This document shows, one piece after another, positions 37,021-49,720 of a stretch of 64,000 nt of DNA (the stretch's first letter is position 1; every line of letters begins with the position of its first letter). A model generated the notes under the pieces. That model had not been told where the DNA came from, did not search any database, and saw nothing but the letters and a program-made list of their open reading frames with translations. The position numbers were made by a program, and so were the translations under genes. This DNA comes from Chiloscyllium plagiosum (Eukaryota), in the NCBI RefSeq assembly GCF_004010195.1, contig NC_057757.1:9061657-9125656 (forward strand). The letters are read 5' to 3'.

Positions 37021-37623
37021 CCTATCTGAACAAAATCGCATAACCTGTGTGTTAATGTATTTAACTGAATCTTACAGCTGGGAATCAGGAAAACTGCTGA
37101 AAATTGCTCCTGATTATTCACCAACATTCCGAATGCAAATTCAGAAAGCCATAATGTCACCCACCTTTTTAATAAAATTTTGTTCAATAGACTGATAAAT
37201 GTCAACATTAATATCACTATTTAAGGAATGTGAGTGAATATGCCATAATCGATTTTACATGCTGCTAATTACATTTTAGTTTCTAATTTAATGTTCTTTT
37301 AAAAATGTTATTTTCTTCCCTAAATCCTGAAATGCCTTTATTTTCTTATCAATAATCTTCAAACATAATGTGAATAATATTATATTATTTTACATTTTGG
37401 TATCTATGTGTGTGTCTGATTGATTGTTCTAAACAGAAAGAAAATACTGTTGATAGAACAAGGAATTGGTTTCAGTATCAATTACCAGATCTGAAAAGTT
37501 CAAACAAAATTCTGAAAATAAATCTTCATTAGAGGAATCAAGTCTTATCATTCTGCTCACTCTTTTTCTCTCACTGTTTCATTTCTTTCACCCGCTGGTT
37601 TACGTCTCTTTTTCATATTGCAG

Positions 37624-38534
37624 CTAACTTGGCAGTTGTTGTAATCCTATCCAGAGGAAGGTGCGGTCTCACCAGATGCATCATGTGCTACCTATTCTTC
37701 ATGGCGGTGACAGACATGTTGGTCATTATTACAGCTGTAATGTTGAACCGTATTGTTGGAATGTACTTTCCATTCAGCATCCTGCATATCACCTCCGTCT
37801 GTACTGTTAGTTTCGTTCTACTGGCTGCAAGCAGGGATTGTTCTGTCTGGGCAACTGTCGTATTCACTATTGATCGTTTTGTAGCCATTTCTTGCCCGAA
37901 ATTGAAGCCAAGATATTGCACAGAGAAAGTAGCAGCTGTGGTTATAGGGGCAGTTTGTGGGATGAGCTGCATCAAAAACACATTCTGGTATTTCATACAT
38001 GAACCATTATATACAATCGGTAATGTAACATGGTATTGCAAAATTAAGTCTATATTTTATACCTCACCTGCATGGGTTGCATTTCATTGGATTGATCGCA
38101 TTTCAATGCCTTGTCTACCATTTGTTTTGATCTTACTGCTCAACGCTGTGACTGTCAGACAAATTATAAAGGCCATTCAAACTCGCTCAAGACTCCATGT
38201 CCGCAAACAAGTGGAAAATCAGAATGACACGGAGATGCGGAACCGGAAAAAATCCATCATCCTCCTCTTCTGTATCTCGGGCAGTTTCATCCTGTTATGG
38301 CTACCGTATGTGTTAACATTTCTCTATGTCCGAATTGCAAAAGTGAATTATTTCTCGGGTTCCACTTACAATGAGTCCAATTTTAATCTGGAAGAAAGCG
38401 GGTATATGCTTCAGATCTTAAGTTCCTGTATAAACCCATTTATTTACGCAGGGACCCAGAGTAAGTTCAGAAATGAGTTAAGGGCAGGCATTAAAGTTTC
38501 CATCAGTTTTGTTGTAAGGATCTTAAAATTTTGA
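37624..38534 (+). CDS. GPCR gene B, exon 2
   Basis: Polypyrimidine tract and acceptor ttgcag|CT AAC TTG; open to TGA at 38534. Motifs MAVTD, FTIDRF, CLPFVLILLLN, SFILLWLP, NPFIY. The intron to exon 1 is 29984-37623 (7640 nt). Confidence 0.92.
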
Positions 38535-39005
38535 CATGTAATAGACATTCCATGCACAAAGACCTATTTCTATAATCTTCCAGCTGGAGCTACAAAGAGA
38601 AAGTGAGTTACAAGGGGGCCTGATTTACTTATGTCTGATTTAAGAAAGCTCGTACTTCCGAACACAATCTCATTCAGGGCTACAATTCTAAAGACGCAGC
38701 CCTTACAACCTTTATACTGTCCTACATTGTGTTCTGATTTGCAAACTCCAATCAAAGACTGCCTGACACATATACAGACACACGCAAAGGCATAACTCAG
38801 CATCATTACACTCTTTTGGCTACCACTAAAATCTGCATAACACACACAACACGATTTGTTTCTTTCTCTGTTGTGTCCTTAAATAATCTACAACACACGT
38901 ACACAGTCTCACCATTGTCTCCCTCTGCCAGGTACTTTGAAAATTTCTATCTAACACATACAAACACGTGCACACATGCACGTTTATACAAACTCATACG
39001 TTCAT

Positions 39006-39016
<11 letters not shown>

Positions 39017-39036
<20 letters not shown>

Positions 39037-39062
39037 AACAAGCATCCACACACACACACACA
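39017..39062. repeat. (CA)n microsatellite; others at 11004-11024 (CT), 23221-23278 (TG) and 57015-57037 (CA)
   Basis: Read directly from the sequence. Confidence 0.9.
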
Positions 39063-39629
39063 TTCTTTGACCTTCACATCCCTCTTCTAGCAGATGGAAA
39101 ACCTCAATCACAGGGTTACAACCTCACATTCCCCTCCCTCACCTGGGTGTAATAATCATCCTCCAGTTTCCACCTGGGGCTTTGTGACCTTGTTACCACC
39201 CAGTCAGGAAACATCCCAGGATGTTCTTTCTCTAACGCCGCAGTTGTCTGATATTTCACTGGCCTTTCAACCGCAGTAGACATCATTCCCACCTGAGATC
39301 TAGCTATGGCAGCACCAAGGTTTACACTGGACTTTTGAACCCAATAATTTCTGTGTTACCTCGACCACCACTTCACCAATTTTCAACGGATTCTCCAAAC
39401 TCACTTTATATCATGTGTTATGAAGTTTAAGGTGTGCACTGTACTTTGAAGAGAGTGTGAATGCTGTTCTGAATTGAGAGATTACGAGCATCTGTGTATA
39501 TGACCAGAACAGCAGTCCTAGAGTATACTGGAAAATTGAAAATATGTCACATTTGGCTGTGAAATACATACCTGAGTTTTCTCTGCTTTTTTGACCACAA
39601 TTCAAATTTAACTGATCAGTTTAAAGCAT

Positions 39630-40194
39630 GCTCCAGGATGCTAATACCCAATTGCACTTGAAATTATTGTTTTGCCAACATCGAACCAATGAGACGATCC
39701 AAGGTTGGGGATATCAAAATAGAGGTATGTTGAAAATCAGAGAGAGAGCAACTGCCATCGAAAGATACCCAAGAAATTAGGAAACATTTTCTATCAAAGG
39801 TACCTTTTCATATGAAACACACTCACAATAAAAAGAAAGAAATGACCAAGGAAATTCAGCAGCCGGAAGAGTGAAGTCACAGAAGACCACAGTGGCTGTG
39901 TGATTTTGAAGTAAAGTTAATGTGATTTTAATAAGTGTCTTATTGGAACAGCATATTGTTGTAGAGTTGGAGGCTGGCAATAAGCAGCTAAGAGAAAGGA
40001 GGGGCTTAGAGTTGTGAATAGTTGTTGTTTAATGTTCACTTGTGGAGTTTAAAAAAATAAATTGATATTATATTCTTAAAATTGTGGAACTTGTGACTTC
40101 TCCATCACTCATATTTTAACAGATTACGAGGCAGGGTAAGGTTTTCTGAGTGTTTGGTTTAATAAAAAGAGGGGTTCACCCCGGTGTTGTAACA
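39630..40194 (+). mobile_element. Solo-LTR-like repeat (related copies at 48066-48534 plus and 61938-62540 minus)
   Basis: The three loci share tcactcatattttaacagattacgaggc...tttggtttaat and two end in a (g/c)taaca-type terminus; the 5' boundary is uncertain. Confidence 0.55.
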
Positions 40195-41662
40195 AGTGGA
40201 ACAATGCTCTTCTCACTATGAACTACCAATATTACCACATTTTTCTGACAATACTCCTCCTGAATTACATTTCTCTGGTCAAATTACATGCTCCTGCCTA
40301 CTTCTGAAAAACTGAATTTCTTTATCTACTCCTACTGCCGTGCGTGAGTAAACCTCACTTAAGCAAGTAAATTCTTAAAAGCATTCTTGCACTTTTTCCT
40401 CTCACAACTCCTGACTGGGCTGTACATCCTTTTGCAGCTTTTTAGCTTCCACTGTGCTGTCCTTTACCACTTCAACAAAATTTACTGGTTTATCCTGTTC
40501 ACCCACGTCCGTCTCCCAAGTGCTTTTTCTAAGCCACCAAAGCTGTGACGTCAAGTGGCCTCCTGAAGACATCTGAGCATTTATATTCCTGTTTCCCCTT
40601 CATGGGTTTCCTTTTTACCCTATGGCAAATAATCCTTACTATTTAAAACGAGGTCTCCTTTTCCCTTATCACCTGAGGATGTCACTTTTCTCCAATTTCT
40701 ATCCCTCACAGCTTGACAATGACGTCAGAAACCAAAGGTTGTTTTATGAACCGACTCATAATAATATACCATTCTTGCTGGTAATCTTGCAGTCTTACCT
40801 CTCTGTTCTTCAACATGAGCCATCAATACTTCAGAAAATGAAGTTTGAACTGTTCCAAAATAAGTGTTTCTCTAAGAGGGACAAATGTTTGATCTAGTTT
40901 CAATGCCTGCATCCACCTATAATGAATTTGTTTGATTCTTTCAAACTCCATTTACATTTAACTTAATTCCCTTCTTCGATCCTGAGACATTGTCTGTTGA
41001 CTTCTGGTCCAAGCTCACATACACTTAAGATGGCATGTTCCACCTCACTATAGCTCCCAGGGTAACTCCTCTGATAGTGAAGCAATTACCACAGGAGCTT
41101 TTCAGCCAGAGATTGTCCTTCAGACCAGAGCAGTTCTGATTGATCAATATATCATTGCATATGAATGACTCTATAATCTTTCGCTATTAATTCTGTGTCT
41201 TATGATCCTACTCGAAAATTACCTGATGAAGGAGCAATGCTCCAAAAGCTAGTGCTTTCAAATAAACCTGCTGGATATAACCTGGTGTGGTGTGTTTTTA
41301 AGTGATGCCGATGCTGCCAGAATTCTGGGATTTGCCAACAATTTCTGTTTTTTTTAATTTCATTCCCATTCAGCCCCATTAACACAGCAGCTTTATCTCC
41401 CAACTTTGTTTGAATCAACAATACCGAAATGGTCACTCACCCTGTCTGTACCCGTACATACACTTGGGGACAGACGGTTTCTTGTACTCGACGTCACATT
41501 TTTGGAAGAAACTCTGGCTTCCCCGTTTGTTATTTCAGCTCCAATTATTTCAATAAATCTCTGAATACAGTGACCCATTTGAAAATCTCACTGGGTCCTC
41601 AATCCAACTGGTCCCTTTGCCTCCAGGCTGATGGATAATGTGTTTATTTTCCTTCCTCCCAG

Positions 41663-42542
41663 CTAACGTACTGATGACCTGCATCCTTCTTTATAAAGAT
41701 TGTGAATTGTCTCCATGTGTCAGACGTTACCTGGGGGCAATGGCAGCGCTGGATCTACAGGTCATGATCCTTGACCTGATATGGAGACACATTCTCATTG
41801 TTTGCCAGGAACAGTTCTATTTCCTGGAGTTCATCCCCGTGTGTAATATCCACGCTGTCCAGCTTTATGCAGCCACTCACTGCTCTGTCCGGTTCACTGT
41901 CACGTTCACCTTTGATCGATTTGTTGCCAGAAGCTGTAAATGTAGCAGTGAGAAAACAGCAGCTGTGATTCTGGGATTAGTGACCGTTCTGAGCTGTTTA
42001 AAGAACATTTTCTGGTATTTTATGCTCACTGCTCATTACTTGCACATGAACAACTCTGGTTTCGTGATGTAAAAGACAACATTGTTTACTCTCTCCTCTG
42101 GGTCACAGTCGAGTTCCTCCACCACATTCTAACCCCGTTTCTCCCATTTCTCCTAATTCTGCTACACAATACTTTCACCGTCAGGAATATTTTAGGGACC
42201 AGCAGAGCTCGCAGGACTCCAGACTCACACCAATGGGGACGCTCAGTCTGACACAGAAATGAGAAACCGAAAAATATCCATCATTTTAACGTTTGTGATC
42301 TTGGCCAATTTTATTCTGTTATGGTCAATGTTAACGGTGTATACTGTATGGTACAGGATGGATGATTTGCGATATGACACACTGAATCTAGATTGGAACC
42401 AGGCTTCATGCTGCAGCTCCTCAGTCGCTGCACAAACACCGTGGTTTATGCCGTGACCCAGACTAATTTCAGACAGCAGCTAAAGAATGTGCTGAAATAT
42501 CCCTTCACCCAAAAACCTCAATCAATCAAATTCACTCATTAA
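41663..42542 (+). pseudogene. GPR139-like GPCR exon-2 pseudogene (gene C)
   Basis: Acceptor ccttcctcccag|CT AAC. Homologous blocks (RYLGAMAALDL, FTFDRF, LTPFLPFLLILL, EMRNRKISIIL, GFMLQLLSRCTNTVVY) lie in different frames, with frameshifts near 42055, 42215 and 42390 and a short deletion after DRFVA. Confidence 0.88.
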
Positions 42543-44596
42543 CCAAGCCATCCAGGAACAGCCATCGCTATGTTAACAGACTGAGGATAGTGCTGGTTCG
42601 TCCAAACTTATCCCACAGCGGGGTTACACGGACACATTTCAATGCTCCTCTCAACTCAGGGGCCGGGGGAAAGGCACCATTCCACTGCCTGTACCTATCA
42701 CTTCTTTTTATAAAAAAGTAAAAATGTTCACTACAAAGTACCATGCAGCAGAGTGAACGATATTGTTGTTTCTCTCCGTGTTGAAGAAGCTGAGCTGGAC
42801 AGAGACAGGTCCTCAGGGAAAGGGGAAGGGACTGGGGCCAAGCTCAAGGGTTGGGTTCAAGTCACTCTGTCCTTCCTTTCACCTCTGGGTCACCCACTCT
42901 GACCTGGCCTCAGCAGAATTCAGCTCTCTCCCTTACTCCCTCTCCATCTAAATCTCAATACCCCATTGTGCCCCTCTCTCACTCGCCTCTCATGTTTGCC
43001 TACTTCTGCTGTTATCTCAGGGCAACATCAATCAGGCAATACTGCTCTGTGCCTCCAAAGACATTGTCTGGAAAACGAAACACGTGTGCAGCCTAAGAGA
43101 TTCACAGGATGTGATGCTTCATCCAATGAAACAAATTCCCGCTTGCGTAGTGGCTTGGGGAGCTCACAAGCCTCCAGTCACACAGGCACGCTTCTCCCAT
43201 TACCTCTTGCTTCAATCTTATTTTCGAGACAATCTATCACTTCACCTTTACTCACATGTGTTGGTACACAAGAGGGTGACATTGTATCACTTCCCTTTTG
43301 CGGGAGGAGTGACACGGTGGAAATGGGAGGAGGGAAGAGGTTATTCGGGACAAGAGTGTGATGCAAGAGTCGAGCAGCTCCCTTTGGCGCCAGGAGGAGG
43401 AATAAGTGGCCAGTGTCTGAACATTTCTTTTTCAGAGAAATGTGGCCCTCCATTCTCCTTTCATCATCCTGTAACAAGACTGCCTCTTGTTACAGGATTT
43501 TGAATGTTAAAATACCAGCAAGAATCGCTTCAGTGCTCCAATGCAGTACATGTGTGACTGTCAGGAATCACAGAACTATCAAAGCATCTCACGTGATTGT
43601 CCATCATGTCCAGGGATGTGCAGGCCAGGTGGGTTAGACCACGGGGAAATGCAGGGTTACAGGATTCCTGCTCAGGGATTGCTTTGTTGTTCAAACAGCG
43701 AGATACTGCCCACACTGGGGAAACGGGGATCATCGCTGAATGTTGCCCAAAGCTTCCGTGGAGAGAGTACAAGACCGAGTTAAAATATCAGGTCAACCGT
43801 GAAAGTATAGTCTCACAAACTGGAGCTTCGAAATGGCCAGAAATCCCGCCCTCTTCATTTTTATTGCAAATTCAATTTTTCATCCCTTTCAAGCAAACAT
43901 CTGAAAATGTTCTGTGCAAATGCTGCACAGTCTCGAGTAAAATATGACTGGGCGATTTCTCAAGTATTCAAACAGGATGCTTTATTCTTTATAATCGGTT
44001 GATTTATTTTTTAATCTGTAAATTAAACAATATGAGTGTTGAGTGTACCAGCAGAATCAGTTTGCTCACGAGATCATATCGCCAGTCCGATCCCATTGGA
44101 CGTGATTTTGATGGTGAGCAAATGGATTTGGTTGCTTGTGCATGATCGGCTGAAACAGCTCAGCTGAGCTAACATTAGACTGGTGAAATGTGAAGGTCAC
44201 TTGATCAATCCTGCTGGGATTTGGGAAAAATTATTGTTGCTTTACTGCGGCCAGAAGGATGGGCGTTGTGGCGTCTTTCTGTACTTTACATTTTCGGTGA
44301 TTTCTGCTCCCATATGACTGGCCAGTCAATAATTTAACAACACATCTGAGTAAAGGTAAAGTGACAGGTCGTCTCGAAAATAAGGTTGAAGCAAAAGGTC
44401 ATGGGAGAAGAGTGTTTGTGTGATTGGAGCTCCTGTCGAATATAGTATTAGACCACTTTTATATACCACTGACCTGGAACTGGATGTGTCAGATGCAATT
44501 TACAGATGACATAAAAATTAGTCAGATCGTTGACAGTGTGGAAGAAGTCTGTAGACTGCACGACGATTTAAATCAAATCGTCAGTTGGACAGTTGT

Positions 44597-44910
44597 GGGC
44601 GGCACGGTGGCACAGTGGTTAGCACTGCTGCCTCACAGCGCCTGAGACCCGGGTTCAATTCCTGCCTCAGGCGACTGACTGTGTGGAGTTTGCACGTTCT
44701 CCCCGTGTCTGCGTGGGTTTCCTCCGGGTGCTCCGGTTTCCTCCCAGAGTCCAAAGATGTGCAGGGTCAGGTGAATTGGCCATGCAAAATTGCCCGTAGT
44801 GTTAGGTAAGGGGTAAATGTAGGGGTATGGGTGGGTTGCGCTTCGGCGGGTCGGTGTGGACTTGTTGGGCCGACGGGCCTGTTTCCACACTGTAATGTAA
44901 TCTAAAAAAA
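44597..44910 (+). mobile_element. HE1/V-SINE, full length
   Basis: Consensus-like head, body and tail. Confidence 0.93.
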
Positions 44911-44969
44911 GTGACAAGTAGAAACATCAAATTGACTGAGATAGCCACAAGGAGAAACTGACAGCGTTC

Positions 44970-45215
44970 AAGGTTGGTGGAAGGATTTGTAGCTCAGGTG
45001 CCAGTTGCTGTGGTTGTGGGTATGGTCGCTGAGCTGGGAAGTTGATTTGCAGACATTTTGTGCTATGTCCAGGTGTCATCCTCAGTGCTTTGGAAGTCTC
45101 CCATGAAGCGCTGTGGTCCTGTGCCTTATTTGGTTCCACACTGAAGATGTCACCTGGACAGAGGGTGAAATATCTGAAAATCAACTTCCCAGCTGGGCAA
45201 ACGTCGCCACAACCA
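44970..45215. mobile_element. Degenerate inverted pair of Penelope termini (family of 53086-53544)
   Basis: Minus-strand gcaCTGAGGAtgacacctgg and plus-strand caCTGAAGAtgtcacctgg...gaaat. Confidence 0.6.
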
Positions 45216-45779
45216 TGACAGTCAGAGAGTGTATTCGGGACAGTTTCCAAGAGCAATGATTTAAGAATAAAGTCCTTTTCTCTTTCTCCAGACAGCACAA
45301 ATCTACAGACAGAGTTTCGTTTGACAGTCCCGGTGAAGTAATTACAAAAAGCGAGCTTAGGGATTCAGAGCTAATAGATGGAGGCAAATGCAATCAGGCC
45401 CATTACTTCAAATGAAATGGAGTTTCATAATAATAGCATCATTGAGGTTTGTAAAATAGAAGAAGGCCATTCAGCCTTTAAAGTCTGCACTGGTCAAAAA
45501 CAAGAACCTAAATATTTCTGCAGGTGCTGGAAATCTGAAACAAACACAAAAAGTGCAAGAGAAGCTCAGCAGATAGAACCATTCTAATACATTTTCCAGC
45601 GCTTGGCCCTTGTCCAGAATACATTGGCATCACAAGTGCACATCGGGCAACAGCTTTGTAGAAAAAGCCCTTCGGCAAATCAAAGTCAAAAATAACCACC
45701 CAACTTTTCGAATTCCCCATCCCAGACCTTGGCCCATAATCTTGCATGCCTTGACATCGCAAGTGTATATCTATATACC

Positions 45780-47565
45780 TAGAGTTGTAGAGTCATAGAG
45801 GTGTACAGCATGGAAATAGATCCTTCGGCACAACTTGTCCATGATGCCCAGATTTCCTAACCCAATCTAGTCCCATTTGCCAGCACTAGGCCCATATCCT
45901 TCCAAATGTTCTTCAATGTTATGAGGGTTTCTACTTGTTATGAGGGTCAGTTGGTTCAATATTCCCATACATTCTGGTTTTCTCACATCCCTTCAAACTT
46001 CCTGTCCCTTACCTTAAGTCTTCTGCACATTGATCCCTTCAGCGAGGGGAAATGTTTATTCCTTTCTGCCCTGTCCAGGCCGCTGATAAGTTTATACATC
46101 TCAATCTTGTCAATCCCTTAGTATCGTTTGCTCCAAGCAGAACAAACTCAACCTGTTCGACTTCGCTTCATAATTAAAGCTATCCAGCCCGTGGAATATA
46201 CAGTCATAGAGTCATAGAGATGTACAACACGGAAACAGACCCTTCAGTCCAACCTGTCCATGCCGACCAGATATCCCAAATCAATCTAATCCCACTTGCC
46301 AACACCCAGCCCATATCCCTCCAAAACCTTTGAATTCATATACCCATCCAAATGCCTTTTAAATGTTGCAATTCTACCTGTCTCCAACACTTCCTCTGGT
46401 AGCTCATTCCATACACGTACAACCCTCTGTGAAAGAATTGCCCCTTAGATACATTTTATATCTTCCCCCTCTCACCCTAAACCTATTCCCTCTAGTTCTG
46501 GACTCCCCGATCCCAGGGAAAAGACCTTGTCTATTTATCCTATCCATCACCCTCATAATTTTGTAAACCTCTATAAGGTCACCCCTCAGCCTCCAACGCT
46601 CCGGCCTATTCAGCTTCACCCTATAGCTCAAATCCTCCAACCCTGGCAACATCCTTGTAAATCGTTTCTGAACCCTTTCAAGTTTCACAACATCTTTCCA
46701 ACATCCTGGTAAAATTTGCTTTGCACCCTCTTTAGTGCAATCACATCCCTCCTATAAAATGGCTTCCAGAACTGCAGACAATATTCGAGCAGGGGCCTAA
46801 AGAACATTTTATGCAGTTCTAGCATCACCGCCTTGCCCTGAAACTCTATGCCTCAGCTGATAAAGGCAAGTGTCTGGGATGCCTTCTTAACCAATATATT
46901 TCCCAGCCCGCGACTTTAGTGACATTTGGGTGATTCAGCAATGGTCATGCCTTTGAACATCAAGGTCTGGCTGACCATCTGTGCATCCCAGAATCCAACA
47001 CATCTTCATATTCACCTGAATTTCAGAACTACACAAAATAATAGGGACGTTTTACTAAAACAAAGCAAAGCATTATTTAGACCACACCTGGAGTGGTTTT
47101 GTAGCCTGGTATTGGAGGCAGTTCAGGGGAAGTTCATGAGGCCATTTCCAGGCAGGGAAAGTTCCTCCTATGAGGAGAGGGTGAGGAGTTTGGGTCTTTA
47201 CTCGATGCGATCAGAAGAATGTAAGGTGATCTTATTGAAACGTACAAGATTCCGAGGGGAGCAGAAGAACCCTTAATCAGGAATGGCTTTCCTGATGAAG
47301 AGCTTATGCCTGAAAAGTTCGATTCTCCTGTTCCTCGGATGTTGCCTGACCTGCTGTGCTTTTCCAGCACCACACTCTCAGCTCCGATCTCCAGCATCTG
47401 CAGTCCTCACTTTCTCCAAGATTCTTAGGGGACTTGACATAATGCAGGAAGGGTTATTTCCTCTAGTGGGAGAGTCTGGGACCAGTGGACATCGTCTCCA
47501 AATACAAGAAACATAGTTAGGGCAAGAGTGAGGGAGAATTTCCTTCTCATGAGGTAGCGAACCTT
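45780..47565. mobile_element. Cluster of CR1 3' fragments (clearest 46203-46700, minus; 47040-47565, plus, with a Penelope insert at about 47255-47417)
   Basis: KLERVQKRFTRMLPGLEDLSYR...LRGDLIEVYKIM; tails read as agagtcatagag on the plus strand. Confidence 0.85.
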
Positions 47566-48569
47566 NNNNNNNNNNNNNNNNNNNNNNNNNNNNNNNNNNN
47601 NNNNNNNNNNNNNNNNNNNNNNNNNNNNNNNNNNNNNNNNNNNNNNNNNNNNNNNNNNNNNNNNNNNNNNNNNNNNNNNNNNNNNNNNNNNNNNNNNNNN
47701 NNNNNNNNNNNNNNNNNNNNNNNNNNNNNNNNNNNNNNNNNNNNNNNNNNNNNNNNNNNNNNNNNNNNNNNNNNNNNNNNNNNNNNNNNNNNNNNNNNNN
47801 NNNNNNNNNNNNNNNNNNNNNNNNNNNNNNNNNNNNNNNNNNNNNNNNNNNNNNNNNNNNNNNNNNNNNNNNNNNNNNNNNNNNNNNNNNNNNNNNNNNN
47901 NNNNNNNNNNNNNNNNNNNNNNNNNNNNNNNNNNNNNNNNNNNNNNNNNNNNNNNNNNNNNNNNNNNNNNNNNNNNNNNNNNNNNNNNNNNNNNNNNNNN
48001 NNNNNNNNNNNNNNNNNNNNNNNNNNNNNNNNNNNNNNNNNNNNNNNNNNNNNNNNNNNNNNNNNTAGATGGATAGCCACACCCTTCCAACAGCAGAGTA
48101 ACTTCTGTCGAGCAGGAGAGCTAAATGGCCATCTCAAAAACTCTCTATCAAAGACACATGTTCATGTAAAATCTACTTGCAGTGAAAAAAAAAAGACCCA
48201 GGGAGATCAGCAGCTGTAAGCGTGAACACAGCGAGGACTATCGAGACTGTGTGGTCTTGAGATTGTAATGTTTAATATTGTAATGGGTTGTTGGAACAGC
48301 ATATTTTTACAGAGTTAGAGTCTGATAGTTAGTAGTTAAGAAAAGAACGGCGTTTATTTGTGAACAATGTTGTTTAGTGTTCATGATTAAAGTTAAGAAA
48401 CGAAATTGTTATTTATTTTAAAATCGGGGAATGTAGGAGATCTGTCTCACTCTCATTTAACAGATTGCGAGGTGAGTCGAGCTTTTCTGGGCGTTTGGTT
48501 TAATTAACAGAGGCGTTCGACTCCGCCTTGTAAATATCCATCCACACCAACCAAATTCCCTGCATTTCA

Positions 48570-49720
48570 CTCATATCATTCTAGTCCTTTCCTATCCACA
48601 TGTTTATCCAAATGATTTTGAAATTTTGTTAATGTACCCCCCCTCAAACACATCCGCTGGCTGCTCATGCTCATACCAGTCTCTATGTAAAAATAGTGGC
48701 CCATCACGTTCACTTTTACTCCTTCCCCTCTAACCTTAAACTGGTCCCCTCTAGTCCTCGAATCTCTCAATCTTGGAAAAACACTGAGAGCATTCACCCT
48801 ATTCATAACCCTCATGATCTTATACTGCTCTATAAGGTCCACCTGCAGTTTCCTACACTCTAAAGAAAAGGTCATAGCTTGTCCAACCTCTCCCGATAAG
48901 TCAGACCATTGGGTCCTGGCAACGCCCTTGTGAATTTCTTCTGCACTCTTTCTAATTTCTTAACATCCACCCTTTAACAAGGTGACAAAAACTGAACACA
49001 ATACTCCATGTGCGGCCTTACCAAAGTCCTGTGCAACTGCAACAAATTCCCAACTTCGATATTCAATGCCCTGCCTGATGACGGCCAGAGTACCAAAAGC
49101 CTTCTTCACCGCCTTGTCTACATATGACTCCACTCTCAGAGAACCGTACACCTGAACGCCAAGGTCTCTCTGCCCACAACACGCCTTAAGGCTCTCCCAT
49201 TCACCGTGAAACTCCGACCTTGATTTGAGTTTCTAAAATCCAAGACCTCACATATTTATATTAACTTCCATTTGCCATTTCTCGGTCCACTTCCCCATCT
49301 GATGAAGGTCCTGTTGCAGTTTCTGATAAACGTCCTCACATATCATGCTACCACTAATTTTCATGTCATTTGCAAACTTACTACTCATGCTTTGTATATT
49401 CTCAACCAAATCATAGATAACAAACAGTAATGGACCCTGCCTCCAGTCTCATAAGTATCCTTCCACGACACCCTCTGCTTGCTACCATCAAGCCAATTGT
49501 GTATCCAATTGGCTAGTTCCCCGAGCTTTCCACGGGATGTAACCTTCCAGAGCAGCCTGCTATGTGGAACCTTATCAAAGTCCTTACTGAATCCAGAGAG
49601 ACTCCGTCTACCGCTCTGCCCCCGTCAGCTTTCTTGGTCACTTCATAAAAGAACTCTGTCAAATATGGAAAGCGTGATCTCCCACTCACAAGTCTATGCT
49701 GACTGCTCCGAAACAAACCA
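48570..49720 (-). mobile_element. Degenerate CR1 RT-to-3' fragment
   Basis: LTEFFYEVTKKADGGRAVD, VKKAFGTLAVIRQGIEYRS and VDLIEQYKIMR. Confidence 0.85.
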
